This document shows positions 1 through 10,376 of a stretch of DNA of 64,000 bases, one piece after another. Source of the stretch: Candidatus Bathyarchaeia archaeon (GTDB lineage: Archaea; Thermoproteota; Bathyarchaeia; 40CM-2-53-6); NCBI GenBank assembly GCA_049517415.1, contig JBEKSC010000004.1:1-64000 (forward strand). The letters are read 5' to 3'. The notes beneath the pieces were generated by a model, which was given only the letters and a program-made list of their open reading frames with translations, made no database searches and was not told where the DNA came from. A program made the translations under genes and the position numbers. Each line of letters begins with the position of its first letter. Position 1 is the first letter of the stretch.

Positions 1-174
1 GAGCGCAAGGACTAGCGGAAACTCCACGAGCGTATGTCCGATAGCCGCGAAAAAACCGGCCCGGGCTCCCTCCTTCGAACCGTGCATGAGTAAACCGAAA
101 AATAACGGACCGGGAGCAAGCGCGCCTGAAGCTGTTACCACAACCACGGTGGCGACGAAGTCAAGTAGGTCCAT
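1..174 (-). CDS. LysE family translocator, N-terminal part (runs off the left edge)
   Basis: Manual minus-strand translation from ATG at 174: MDLLDFVATVVVVTASGALAPGPLFFGLLMHGSKEGARAGFFAAIGHTLVEFP. The PGP motif and G..AG....GH pattern are typical of LysE. Confidence 0.85.
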   Translation of the reverse strand, partial: MDLLDFVATVVVVTASGALAPGPLFFGLLMHGSKEGARAGFFAAIGHTLVEFPLVLAL

Positions 175-404
175 GATGAGTATGACTCTTTGCGGTAAAT
201 GAACCTGATATCTCCAGTTATTTGAGCCCTGTTCGGTGAAGTGGTAAACAAATGAGTTCAGCCTTACTATACTGCTAATACGATAAAACAAGAGCCCCCA
301 AGCTTATTCCTTAAACCGCGGTCTGCACCGCCATCCTAGCTATGTCAACTGAGAAGCTAGGTAGTTGTCAAACTTGACCAACTCAGAGCATTGGGTGTTA
401 TCGA

Positions 405-1187
405 TTGACTAACTCCACAAATCATCGGCTCAATTCAAGAAGTAAACGACCTCCGCACCCCACTTCAGGAGAGGAACTCCGGATTAGGGCCCTCAGCGAG
501 AAGGGAAGGATCTCGCGCCTCTCACGAGTGCGGGAACTTGTTCTCGGATTCCAAGACGGCTTGCTTGTACCTTTAGCCGTTGTTACGGGTTTAGCGGCTG
601 CAGCCTTTAGCCCACTCACCATCATAGTCGGTGGTCTAGCAGAGGCCGCTGCTGGGGCGCTCGCGATGGGTACTGCTAGCTTCTTAGCGAGCGAGGCCGA
701 GAACCAATTGTTCCTATCAGAGATCGAGGATGAAACATCTCAAATCAGAGACCATGCAGAAGTAGAGCGTCTGGAACTCGAAATGCTATTGAGAGAAGAG
801 GAACTTAGCACGGAAGACGCAAAGCTGGCTAGCGAAATCATCGCTCGGTCAACTACTTCTCTAAACAAAACAATGATAGAGAAAGAATTAGGTCTAACAT
901 ACGGAGGAACGAATACGGCGCCTAAGGACGCAATTGTTGTAGGTTTGTCCTATGCTGGCGCCGCCCTCATACCAATATGGCCGTATCTCCTTTGGCCCTT
1001 GGTTCTCGCACTGCCAGTCTCGCTCGTAACGACTGCGTTCGCTCTGTTTGCATTGGGCGTGGTTAAGGGGCGTGTAGCTAGGATGGCGGTGCTCCGTAGC
1101 GGGATTCAAGTGCTATTCATCGGAGGCGGTTCCGCCGCAATCGGATATCTAGTCGGGTCCCTTATCCCGCGACTATTCGGAGCATAA
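405..1187 (+). CDS. VIT1/CCC1 family iron/manganese transporter
   Basis: RELVLGFQDGL, GALAMG..L, E..E-rich cytoplasmic segment and C-terminal TM helices. Confidence 0.9.
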   Translation: MTNSTNHRLNSRSKRPPHPTSGEELRIRALSEKGRISRLSRVRELVLGFQDGLLVPLAVVTGLAAAAFSPLTIIVGGLAEAAAGALAMGTASFLASEAENQLFLSEIEDETSQIRDHAEVERLELEMLLREEELSTEDAKLASEIIARSTTSLNKTMIEKELGLTYGGTNTAPKDAIVVGLSYAGAALIPIWPYLLWPLVLALPVSLVTTAFALFALGVVKGRVARMAVLRSGIQVLFIGGGSAAIGYLVGSLIPRLFGA

Positions 1188-1259
1188 TCGCCAATGGTTG
1201 AACGGTAAGAATCCTAGTGAAACTGGTGTGCTTGCTTCTAGTAATCAGTCAGGATTAAT

Positions 1260-2123
1260 TCAGGCCTCTACAATCATGCTTCTGCCGATTGTGCCGAGTG
1301 CCTTGACAATGTCATGTTTGGTGAGAAGGCCTACTACCTTCGGCTCATTGTCGTTTACCGGAAGGCTTCCTATTCCCTTGGTGATGATTATCTGTGCTGC
1401 CTGTGCCAAATCTGTATCTTCGTAGGTTGTGATTGGGTTTGGCGTCATCAATTCTTTCGTTGTAATCAGCGCAACATCCTTCTCTTGCTTCCCGGTCAAC
1501 CTTCCATTCGATGTTTTGGGTGCCCTCTCTCTGATTGACAGGATGTTCGAAAGAGTTAGTATGCCCACTAGCTCCTCATCTATGACGGGGACGCTTGGCT
1601 GACGGAAAACTATTGCATGAGCCACATGTACAGCAGGGTAGTTGCTCTTCGCGAAGATGAAATCCCTGGTCATGAAATCAGCGACCTTGAATTTGTGAGG
1701 CCACTTCTGCGAATAGTAGTGACAGAGGTCTGTTTCCGTCATAATTCCTGCAAGGGGATTATCGTTACTGATTACAGCGTAGGCGATATTTTCCGTGTCA
1801 AAAAGACGTGCAGCATTGAAAACCGGGAAGTTCAGCCTAAGGGTCGGAATTGAATCGGTGGTGGCTTCTGAAACTGAAATATCTCCTAGGCCGCGTGTTG
1901 TGGAATCCTCTAGGAGAAATCGAGCGATTGCACGTTTGGATAAGAAGCCAACAGGCCGGTTACGCTGATCTACAACTACAATTTGAGACACTTGGTTTCG
2001 TGTCATCAAGTCTCGTGCAGTCAGCAATGAATCTGTGGGACCGATCGTAACTACCCATTCCGTCATGACATCGCCGATAGTATCGATTCGAGTTGTTCTG
2101 TCGGTACCTACCATTATCTGCAT
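1260..2123 (-). CDS. CBS domain protein (four CBS repeats)
   Basis: Repeated M..vvt...d.l..a...M / pVV....vG.lt..Di motifs. Confidence 0.9.
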   Translation of the reverse strand: MQIMVGTDRTTRIDTIGDVMTEWVVTIGPTDSLLTARDLMTRNQVSQIVVVDQRNRPVGFLSKRAIARFLLEDSTTRGLGDISVSEATTDSIPTLRLNFPVFNAARLFDTENIAYAVISNDNPLAGIMTETDLCHYYSQKWPHKFKVADFMTRDFIFAKSNYPAVHVAHAIVFRQPSVPVIDEELVGILTLSNILSIRERAPKTSNGRLTGKQEKDVALITTKELMTPNPITTYEDTDLAQAAQIIITKGIGSLPVNDNEPKVVGLLTKHDIVKALGTIGRSMIVEA

Positions 2124-2260
2124 CCAGCTCTCGTATTTCTTTCGTTGTCCATACCTTGAGATTTGATATAAGACAAATCAACGGTTACCAGAACCGGTTT
2201 TCGAAATCCAATACAAATAGAAACTCTCTAGGCGAATCATGGAGAGAACTAGAAGAGTTC

Positions 2261-3418
2261 CTACAGCCGCACGGTTCTAGAACTAATTTCCATTCCTCTC
2301 AGGCGCAAGTATCTGAGGAACACATCGCGCAGTTCTCCTCTAAAGGCAATTTCTGGTGGGACAAGCCCTTTCTCAGCAATTTCGTCTGTTCCTAGCATTT
2401 GGGCCGCGATTGAGCACGGAAAGGCTGTGGTTCGTGCCATGGAGGTCATTCTCTGTCGGTCATCGTAGTGATCTATCATTTCATACCGATGGCGCACTCT
2501 CTCATTTTTCCTCGTTCCCGTCAGGTCAACTCTAAGCAACGTGAGATCCTTCTCGTTGCCAAGGCTGATTCGGTCGGACAACATCTTGGCCACAAACTTG
2601 CGAGGGACAACGAGGTTTCCTTCGAAATATTCCGGTTCGTTTTCGAGTAGTCCGCACTCGATCAGCGTCTCAATTTGTGCAACGTGGCCTGGCCAACGAA
2701 TTGTTTTTTCATCCATCTCACGAACTCCTTTCATTGTTTGTACAAGGGTGGATAGTCCATCGGTGTAGAAACACTCACAATTCCCAACCGGCGGGCGAAA
2801 TCTCACCATCTCAAGACCGCTCAGAGCTGGGACGTCTGTGATTCTTCCGTTCTTTACGATTCTTGCTTTCCGAAGGTACTCCTCAAGAACTGCTTCAAAG
2901 GAGAAGACGATTCGATAGTTCAAGGGAGGCCTTGGCTGTTCTGGGATGCCACCAACTTTTATGTGAACTTCATGAACTTCGCTCATTTGCTCTGCTGCCG
3001 CCATCGAGAGGATATTGGTTAAGCCTGGGGCCAACCCGCACGCAGGGATTATCGTCACCCCTTTTCTCCGAGCGGCCTTGTGGACTTCTTTCTGTCCGAA
3101 TCGCCACCCGAAGATCAGGTCAACGAAATTGACCCCTGCTCGAATGGTTGATTCGATAGCATACTTACTCAATCCGTGAGGTAGGGCTCCCACGCCAACA
3201 TCAAATCGCTTCAGAAGCCTGACTGTGTTTGAACGACGGCGCACATCATGAACCTTAACCGATAGCTTGCTTGAGTTCACGGCCCGCGCCAATGCGGTCA
3301 GGCGTTTTCGATTAACATCGTAAACCGAGACTTCGTCAACAAGTTGTGATCTAACCAGATCCCTCGCTATTGCCGAACCCATCAAACCGGAGCCGAATAT
3401 CGCGACCTTCAGCGCCAT
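2261..3418 (-). CDS. Saccharopine dehydrogenase / lysine 6-dehydrogenase family oxidoreductase
   Basis: GSGLMG Rossmann motif, CGLAPG, EKTIRWPGH, MARTT; ATG at 3418. Confidence 0.88.
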   Translation of the reverse strand: MALKVAIFGSGLMGSAIARDLVRSQLVDEVSVYDVNRKRLTALARAVNSSKLSVKVHDVRRRSNTVRLLKRFDVGVGALPHGLSKYAIESTIRAGVNFVDLIFGWRFGQKEVHKAARRKGVTIIPACGLAPGLTNILSMAAAEQMSEVHEVHIKVGGIPEQPRPPLNYRIVFSFEAVLEEYLRKARIVKNGRITDVPALSGLEMVRFRPPVGNCECFYTDGLSTLVQTMKGVREMDEKTIRWPGHVAQIETLIECGLLENEPEYFEGNLVVPRKFVAKMLSDRISLGNEKDLTLLRVDLTGTRKNERVRHRYEMIDHYDDRQRMTSMARTTAFPCSIAAQMLGTDEIAEKGLVPPEIAFRGELRDVFLRYLRLRGMEISSRTVRL

Positions 3419-3452
3419 TGTCCTCCGTTTAATTCTCCAAAGCAAAAGTGCG

Positions 3453-4049
3453 CTAATGTTGGATTTTCAGAGTTCCTGATGACCATTCTTCGAAACACTT
3501 GCGTGAACAGAAAAAGCAGTCTGCAAATTTCAATAGAACCCTAGATGCCGCGCAGACGGCGCACTTTTTCTTATCGAGGAACGCAGACGGAAGTTTCAAG
3601 TTTTCAGAAATCGTCCATTCTTTCGAATACCCGATTTGCTGGTGTTCAAAGTCAATGAAGAATCCACAGCCGTGACAGAAGACCCCGTCGAATGCCTCGC
3701 GGTAAACGAGCCGGTCATTCTTGCACTCTTTGCAATGTTCTTTTTCATCGTCTTCGCATTTCTCTAGCGTGTTGCAGATATCTAAAGTGGAAAGTGCGTT
3801 TCCAGGCGAAGTTGCAGTTCGCATGTTTCCATTAACAATGTTGAACAGATGCCACGGGTTGCGGTAGTTCTTACACAGGAACGGTGTATCATTAAGGTCG
3901 TGCATGCACCCAGGAGTAGGGCATGTTTTGGGAAGTTTGTGCAAGTACTTGAAGACGGCGGCCTTAGCAGCGTCAGGGCTGTTCGTCAATTTGACGAGTT
4001 CTACAATGTCTGTAAATATTGACTTCTCAGTCCTGAATAACTGAACCAA
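3453..4049 (-). CDS. Cys-rich hypothetical protein with several probable zinc fingers
   Basis: CPTPGC, CKEC...CHGC, CAVC...FCSRKC motifs; fills the gap in the same orientation as the downstream gene. Confidence 0.65.
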   Translation of the reverse strand: MVQLFRTEKSIFTDIVELVKLTNSPDAAKAAVFKYLHKLPKTCPTPGCMHDLNDTPFLCKNYRNPWHLFNIVNGNMRTATSPGNALSTLDICNTLEKCEDDEKEHCKECKNDRLVYREAFDGVFCHGCGFFIDFEHQQIGYSKEWTISENLKLPSAFLDKKKCAVCAASRVLLKFADCFFCSRKCFEEWSSGTLKIQH

Positions 4050-4262
4050 GGCCTTCTGCTTGGAACCATCGACTGCGCAGCTAACTAACCCTTTGTCGGT
4101 CTTTCAAACTTGGGAAGACATACACTAATCTATTCTTAGGGCCGCCTTTGACACTTTTGTGGGTGATGAGCCTCTTCTTCGAGTGGGCGCGTTTTAGAGT
4201 CTTGAAAGTTTACAGAGAGGAAAAGTTAGCTTGTTTTTGTCGAAAGGCACAGGTAGGAATAA

Positions 4263-4934
4263 ATGATGACCATTAATATTCCGTGGCGGCGCGGCCGAGC
4301 AATGAGTAAGCAAGCAATGAGCAGGCAGGTCAAGGTTCTGGGCAAGTTTGTGGAGATCTCAGAGAACGTTATGAGACGTAGCGGGAAACTTTACGTCTTC
4401 TTTATGGGCGCTGAATATTGCCCATATTGCGCCGCGGAACGATGGGCCATAGTTAGGGCCCTGCAGAAATTCGGGCAGTGGGATGGCCTAAAACAGACAA
4501 TGAGCGCAGCTAGGGATGAGCCATTTCTGAACCTGCCGACTTATGATTTCACCAAGGCCTCCTACAACAGCCCACACATCGAGTTCGCCTCCCGGGAGAC
4601 CAAGGATCGTGAGTTCAAGCCTCTACAGAAGCTATTGAAGACCGATGAGAAACTGGTGAACAAATTCAATTCGGACAAAGAGGTCCCCTTCTTGCTGATT
4701 GGAGGCAGGTTCATGCAGATTGGTGCCGGGTTTACACCTAAAATCTTCATAGGTCACACATTCAGGCAGACAGAGACTGAACTGAAGAAGATTGAATCAG
4801 AGATCAGAAAAACTATCGACGATGAAGCGAACATAATTTCGGCACTGTTATGTGTATGCGGCCTACCTCCAGAGCTTTGCAGAGAGACTAGCTTAAGCGA
4901 GCTAGTGGCACAAGCAAACTCTAAACTAACCTAG
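4263..4934 (+). CDS. DUF929 family thioredoxin-fold protein
   Basis: GAEYCPYCAAERWAIVRALQKFG signature, VPFLLIGG. Confidence 0.85.
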   Translation: MMTINIPWRRGRAMSKQAMSRQVKVLGKFVEISENVMRRSGKLYVFFMGAEYCPYCAAERWAIVRALQKFGQWDGLKQTMSAARDEPFLNLPTYDFTKASYNSPHIEFASRETKDREFKPLQKLLKTDEKLVNKFNSDKEVPFLLIGGRFMQIGAGFTPKIFIGHTFRQTETELKKIESEIRKTIDDEANIISALLCVCGLPPELCRETSLSELVAQANSKLT

Positions 4935-4984
4935 CGTCATAATCGCTCTGTTCAGATTTGCTCCGTAACAGTTGTGTGTAGTCT

Positions 4985-6442
4985 TTGACCATGCAAGCTG
5001 AGACTTCAAAGTTCTTTGTTAACGGAAAATGGACAGCGGGAAGCTCAACAGAAACGTTCGAACTGATAAATCCGGCGACGGGGGATGTGATAAGGCGTGT
5101 CCCAAGGGCCACGAAGGACGATGTCCGCGAAGCCGTAGAAGTGGGGCGCAGAGCCTTCGAGGCCACTAGCTGGCGTGACATGGAACAAACGAAACGCGGC
5201 AAGTTGCTGATGCAAATAGCGGCGTTAATGCGCCAAAACTTTGACGAACTAGCGAAACTTGAGACTCTTAATCAAGGAAAACCAATTCGAGAATCGAAGG
5301 GAGATGTGGCTTGGACGATCCGTGCTTTCGAGTACTGGGCTGGCGCCGCCGACAAAATTGAGGGTGAAACGATCCCCGTTACGCCTAACAGGTTGACATA
5401 CACTCTACGCGAACCCATCGGCGTGACAGCGCACATCATACCATGGAATTATCCATTAGCTCTCGCAGCAAGGAGTATCGCTCCAGCGCTCGCAGCAGGA
5501 AATACCATTGTGGCGAAACCTGCGGAATTGACTCCGCTGACACTTCTCAAAATTGCGGAATACGCTCAGAAGTCAGGCTGCCCTAACGGAGTTCTAAACG
5601 TCATAACTGGGTCAGGGTCTGTGGCTGGTAGGGAATTGGTTTCCAACCTTGGCATAGACGGCATCACATTTACCGGTTCTACGGAAACGGGTCAGCAGAT
5701 CATGGAAACTGCTGCGAAGAATGTCACGCCAGTACTATTGGAATTGGGTGGGAAGAACCCAAACATAGTTTTCCCTGACGCGGACTTTCAAAAGGCTGTG
5801 CAAATGGCAAAGTACGCAATCTTCACAAACGCAGGGCAGATGTGCTGGGCCGGTTCTCGACTGTTTCTTCACAATGAAATATACGAAAAATTCCTAACCG
5901 AGCTAAAGAATCAGACAGAACTCATTAAGATTGGACTAGGGCAGGACGAGAAAACCGAATTAGGCCCGTTAGTATCCAAAGACCAGCAAGAACGCGTACT
6001 GAACTACATCAAGTCCGGGAGTGAGGACGGAGCACGCCTAGTCACCGGAGGCACTGTGCCCGAAGAACAAACCTTGCGTAAAGGCTACTTCCTCAAGCCA
6101 ACGATTTTCACAGACGTCACGACCACGATGAAGATTGGATGTGAAGAGATCTTCGGTCCAGTGTTAACTGTCTTCAAATTCAAGTCGGTTGAGGAGGTTG
6201 TTCAAATGGCGAACGACACCAAGTTTGGGTTATACGCGGGCGTGTGGACTAATGATCTTAAAGTCTCTCAACGACTCGTTAACCAACTTCAAGCTGGCGT
6301 AGTAGCAGTAAACGATTACCTAGTCGCGTACCCTCAGACGCCATTTGGCGGCTACAAGGATAGTGGGATAGGTTACGAAAGCGGCCTACAAGCAATCAGC
6401 CATTACACGAGAATAAAGAGCGTAACAGTCAACGCGTCGTAA
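4985..6442 (+). CDS. NAD(P)-dependent aldehyde dehydrogenase
   Basis: PWNYP, FTGST, LELGGKNP, GQMC, EEIFGPV, PFGGYKDSG. Confidence 0.95.
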   Translation: MTMQAETSKFFVNGKWTAGSSTETFELINPATGDVIRRVPRATKDDVREAVEVGRRAFEATSWRDMEQTKRGKLLMQIAALMRQNFDELAKLETLNQGKPIRESKGDVAWTIRAFEYWAGAADKIEGETIPVTPNRLTYTLREPIGVTAHIIPWNYPLALAARSIAPALAAGNTIVAKPAELTPLTLLKIAEYAQKSGCPNGVLNVITGSGSVAGRELVSNLGIDGITFTGSTETGQQIMETAAKNVTPVLLELGGKNPNIVFPDADFQKAVQMAKYAIFTNAGQMCWAGSRLFLHNEIYEKFLTELKNQTELIKIGLGQDEKTELGPLVSKDQQERVLNYIKSGSEDGARLVTGGTVPEEQTLRKGYFLKPTIFTDVTTTMKIGCEEIFGPVLTVFKFKSVEEVVQMANDTKFGLYAGVWTNDLKVSQRLVNQLQAGVVAVNDYLVAYPQTPFGGYKDSGIGYESGLQAISHYTRIKSVTVNAS

Positions 6443-6528
6443 GTTACCTATCTAAACCTAAGAAGAGGGGGGAGGGCGACCGGCATGAGTTCCGTCTCTA
6501 TAGTTGCGTTTCTATAGATAGATTCGGT

Positions 6529-7200
6529 CTACTGCGAGATTGAGCTCACGGTGATGTAGTTGCCGGGACATGCCGCGCCGCTAGAGCTCGTGTTACTGCC
6601 CTGGTATAGTTGTCCATTCACAGTTACCCATGTCCAATTGGGATAGGTTGTAGTCAGATCTTGCAACGTATAGTATTGGTAGACGGTGCTCTCCTGAATG
6701 GCTGGGTTCGATACTGGAATTACGAGCACTGTGCATCCGTTTGAGGCTTGGTAGAAGAATCCTTGGCATGAAACGGCGTTACTACTCACACTGTTTGCTT
6801 GGCAAGGAGGCTGATAATAGTAATTGCTGTACGCTGGATTGTAATACTGTGGGGGATAGGCGCATCCGTAGTACGAACAGCTTTGATAATATCCATTACC
6901 GTATCCAGTAGTTGTTGTTTGCGTGACCACTTGGACGCTGGTGACCGTGTTAAAGCTTGTCGCGGTCTGGGTTTGTGTATTGTAGAAACTCTGCGTGTTC
7001 GTTAGGAATTGCTGTTGAGTGACAGTCGACATGTGAGGGTTAACAGCTGTGTAACCTGCAAAAGCTAAGCTCAGAATAGCAACAAGAGCGAGGCCCGCGA
7101 TCGTCAATTTGCTATCGGAACTGCGACTCGGTTGACTCGGTTGATTCGTTTCTTCTTCCTTTGTTTGGCTCATGATTCGATCCTCAAGGCAGAGTCTCAA
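6529..7200 (-). CDS. Hypothetical membrane-anchored extracellular protein (TM, Thr/Gln stalk, Tyr/Cys-rich domain)
   Basis: Hydrophobic LTIAGLALVAILSLAFAGY followed by a Thr-rich linker and six Cys. Confidence 0.7.
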   Translation of the reverse strand: MRLCLEDRIMSQTKEEETNQPSQPSRSSDSKLTIAGLALVAILSLAFAGYTAVNPHMSTVTQQQFLTNTQSFYNTQTQTATSFNTVTSVQVVTQTTTTGYGNGYYQSCSYYGCAYPPQYYNPAYSNYYYQPPCQANSVSSNAVSCQGFFYQASNGCTVLVIPVSNPAIQESTVYQYYTLQDLTTTYPNWTWVTVNGQLYQGSNTSSSGAACPGNYITVSSISQ

Positions 7201-7358
7201 AAAGACGTGATAAGTCTATTTCCACTTGGTAGAACTCAAACCTATTTGGTGGAAAATGTCTTTGGAAATTTTCCGGTCCATTTTCAAGATTTGTGCGGTT
7301 TGACGTGTTTCATGTTTCAATGTACTCTTTCTAGGCTCCGTAGGTAGTAGTTGGGAGT

Positions 7359-8582
7359 TCATTGGGCTGTTGGGGCAGGTGTAATTTGGAGGAGTTCATG
7401 TTTTCTTTGCTCAAGGAACCCTTCGCGTAATCCTCGCCTTAGGTAGTATGCGTTGCGTTCCCGTTTCTTCTTGTTAGAGAGTTTAACAACGAATGGTAAT
7501 CCGGTGGGTTTAATCATTTCCATAGGAGCAGCTTCGATGACTTTAGACCTGAGTGCGCTATCAAATAATTTCTGTCCCATTTCCGAACGCACGATAACGG
7601 TTGTCCAGCCGTCAGCCGAGCCGACTGCGCCAACTGAAATATCCGCCAATTCAGCAACGTAGTCAATGCAGTAATGGCACGGTTGGCTCATATATGATTC
7701 AAGTTCTTTGATGTGAACGTCGAGGACACAGTCGGCTCCGACGTAGACTTTGAACCGGTTCCTCTTGACAACCGTCCTAGTAATCTTTACAGGGTCTATC
7801 CCATGTTTCTTCTGGATGAATTCGGTAACGAGCTGGTCGTGTGTGTACACTTTAGAGCAGAATAACCCAATTGTTAGAACCGGGCGTCCGCCTCTGATCC
7901 AAGAGCCACCAAACTTCACCGTAGCCTGCAGTGATGTGTACATTCGCCATAGTCCTTGTAGTTCGCACGGAAGGGCAACTAAACCAACTCGTCCATCGGG
8001 GTATGATGCGGCGGCGTCGGACAAGACGCCGAGAACGCCGCCATGAGTGTACTTAGATCCAGCTGTTCGAATTAGATCAGCTGCAGTATCCCCTACTACG
8101 GGCACTGTCTTGAGAGTCATTCCGTTGCCAAGAACGAAGACCGAGTTAGATTTCGTGAAGTCTGATGTGGCGAAGGAATTAATCAACCCTATTTGGAGGG
8201 CGTGGGTCATTAGCGCTATTACGGTTCCGCCATCTTGGCCTGCATGCCAAATCTCCTCGTCTAACGCTCTCGTTGAGTAAATATTCCTGTAAATACCCAG
8301 CGACTCTTCTTCGGGTTTCCGAGTCCTACCGAACAAGTAGTACTCAATTTCATCTAAAGGAAACTCCAGCCTCGGGCAGCTGTAATAGCAAACCTGGCAG
8401 GCGGCACACGGTCCTTTGATGACTGGTTCTTCGTTCACATTCACGTTGAGAACATTAATCGGGCATGAGGCGACGCAGGCGCCGCACATCATGCAGTGCT
8501 TTGCACGGACCACCTCGTTGAACAAATGGCCCCAAATTTTCGCATTCTTTGGAGGAGACCAGCCATCAACCATGCTCAACAC
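7359..8582 (-). CDS. Coenzyme F420 hydrogenase/dehydrogenase beta subunit (FrhB/FdhB) family with N-terminal ferredoxin domain
   Basis: CMMCGACVASCP...CAACQVCYYSCP, GQDGG, GSKY, LPC, IGLFC, CHYCID, ADISVG. Confidence 0.92.
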   Translation of the reverse strand: MLSMVDGWSPPKNAKIWGHLFNEVVRAKHCMMCGACVASCPINVLNVNVNEEPVIKGPCAACQVCYYSCPRLEFPLDEIEYYLFGRTRKPEEESLGIYRNIYSTRALDEEIWHAGQDGGTVIALMTHALQIGLINSFATSDFTKSNSVFVLGNGMTLKTVPVVGDTAADLIRTAGSKYTHGGVLGVLSDAAASYPDGRVGLVALPCELQGLWRMYTSLQATVKFGGSWIRGGRPVLTIGLFCSKVYTHDQLVTEFIQKKHGIDPVKITRTVVKRNRFKVYVGADCVLDVHIKELESYMSQPCHYCIDYVAELADISVGAVGSADGWTTVIVRSEMGQKLFDSALRSKVIEAAPMEMIKPTGLPFVVKLSNKKKRERNAYYLRRGLREGFLEQRKHELLQITPAPTAQ

Positions 8583-8682
8583 ACGGCCTGAAATCGTACG
8601 CCGCTAGAATCAATACACCGTATTTGAATACTTTCTTCTGTTCGAAGGCAGACCAACAAAGACCCCTTGTCGACGCCTTTGA

Positions 8683-8934
8683 CTACTTCTTGCCTCGATG
8701 GGAAAATTCCGCCAAAACGAAAAGCCCGAAAAACGCAATCACAATGAACCCAAGCACGTAACAACCAACTAACAAACAAGCAACCACAATGAAAACTGTC
8801 AAACCAGCGGGTTCGCCGAATTGTGAGAATGACAAGAAGTGGAAAATCGTGAATAATGAGAGTGCGATTGCAGCGAAGGCCGCCAGAAAACTCACGAACG
8901 ATTTGTCGAGAATATTCCAAAAAAGTTGTGACAT
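8683..8934 (-). CDS. Small hypothetical membrane protein
   Basis: Two hydrophobic segments; co-oriented with neighbours. Confidence 0.55.
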   Translation of the reverse strand: MSQLFWNILDKSFVSFLAAFAAIALSLFTIFHFLSFSQFGEPAGLTVFIVVACLLVGCYVLGFIVIAFFGLFVLAEFSHRGKK

Positions 8935-8970
8935 GTGACTTACCTGGTCGTTTGTTCACTACTTTTTTGG

Positions 8971-9441
8971 CTATGGTTTCGAGGCGGCAACGTCTCGGGC
9001 GAGTTTTTCACCGGGGGAGCCCTTCCAGCCTCGGATTGTCCGCCACAAGTTGTAAGCGTGTAGGTACAAAGCTAGGACAAGAACGACGACGGAGCTGACT
9101 ACGAGATATGTTATGTTGGGATTATATGGGATCAAGCCCGAAAAGGATACGGTCATTCCGATTATTCCGAGGTTCATCAGCCAGAATTGCGTTTTGGCTA
9201 AGCGAAGGCTGTGGAGGAAGGCATGGGCAAATGAAGGAACGAAGAGGTACGATAGGCCGAAAATCATCATAGCAACGAAGCCGTACAGTTGCATGAAGTA
9301 GAAAGCCGTCATTTCAAACGGCAGGATGTGAGCGAATGTCAGGAGAAGTAATGTTCCTCCCACAGCTAGGTAGATCAAGCTAGCCTTAACATATCGCAAG
9401 CTTAGCTGCATAACTACCGCCGCAATTGGACCTTGAGCCAA
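8971..9441 (-). CDS. Four-TM membrane protein resembling a heme-copper oxidase subunit I repeat
   Basis: LYGFVAMMIFGLSYLFVP...LAKTQFWLMNLG pattern; the usual His ligand positions appear absent. Confidence 0.6.
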   Translation of the reverse strand: MAQGPIAAVVMQLSLRYVKASLIYLAVGGTLLLLTFAHILPFEMTAFYFMQLYGFVAMMIFGLSYLFVPSFAHAFLHSLRLAKTQFWLMNLGIIGMTVSFSGLIPYNPNITYLVVSSVVVLVLALYLHAYNLWRTIRGWKGSPGEKLARDVAASKP

Positions 9442-9710
9442 ATTTGTATCCCGCCTATGGTAGGGTCAAGTATTCAGGCGGTATTAATTTGACTCCGAAC
9501 CCTTGAGACGCAGAGGATCAGAGCCAATTTCAAATGGCATGTTTTCCTTCGTTACGGTCATTCTTGTGAGTTATCTAATCGAGAAATTGATTGTGAGGAT
9601 GCTTGACTACCAGCTAATTCTTGCTCCCGCCCTAGAAACTTCAATTGTTGCCGTAGGTCTATCGATCTGGCTATGTTCCATAGAGAGTTAGATAACAGAT
9701 TTCCCGTCTA

Positions 9711-10307
9711 TCAACTGACAGGCTCTTGAGCTATTCCTGCCAGCTCTCTGGCTTTCTTCACCACGTTCTCATACAATTTTCCGAACCGGCCATCCCTCAG
9801 GGATTTCTCTAAGTCCGTGAAGTTGGTCAAGTCGATTCCGTAAACATCCATATACTCCTCGTGTATGAGGCCGCTATCTAGTGGATGCCGGTCAAGCATC
9901 GCATATGATGTGGCTTTGTGAAGGATCGTAGCAAAAACCCCGGCCAAGGAGCCGCTCTTAAGTAAGTCTTGGCGTTGTCCCATGAAGGGACAATTGACGA
10001 ACTTCTTCACGCTGCAGGATTGCTCAGTGCCAAAGAGTTTCGCGTAGACCTGCGCCATGGTGTTCACAAATTGAGAATCCAGAAAAAGCGGACTAACGTC
10101 CTTCTCAGTCCTCGTAGACTTTGTGAGGGCGTGATTATTTTGTTGCGATGCCATCCGTGTCTTCTGGGCCTCGGCAGCCCAGTAGTCCTTAGACCATAGG
10201 AGACAGGACCACTCACATTTCTGCTCTACTTCACGGTCGAGGTGAAGTTGCTTCACAAAGTCTTCAGCGTACCATTCTGGACTAGGTGGACGGTTAATGG
10301 TTGGCAA
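9711..10307 (-). CDS. Hypothetical protein
   Basis: 198-aa ORF with protein-like composition filling the gap; no recognised motif. Confidence 0.6.
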   Translation of the reverse strand: MPTINRPPSPEWYAEDFVKQLHLDREVEQKCEWSCLLWSKDYWAAEAQKTRMASQQNNHALTKSTRTEKDVSPLFLDSQFVNTMAQVYAKLFGTEQSCSVKKFVNCPFMGQRQDLLKSGSLAGVFATILHKATSYAMLDRHPLDSGLIHEEYMDVYGIDLTNFTDLEKSLRDGRFGKLYENVVKKARELAGIAQEPVS

Positions 10308-10376
10308 CGGTCGTCATCGTAGGGAGGGGCATAGCGTGTTAAGTAAGGCTTTGCGAATGATTTCTTTCTTTGAGTT

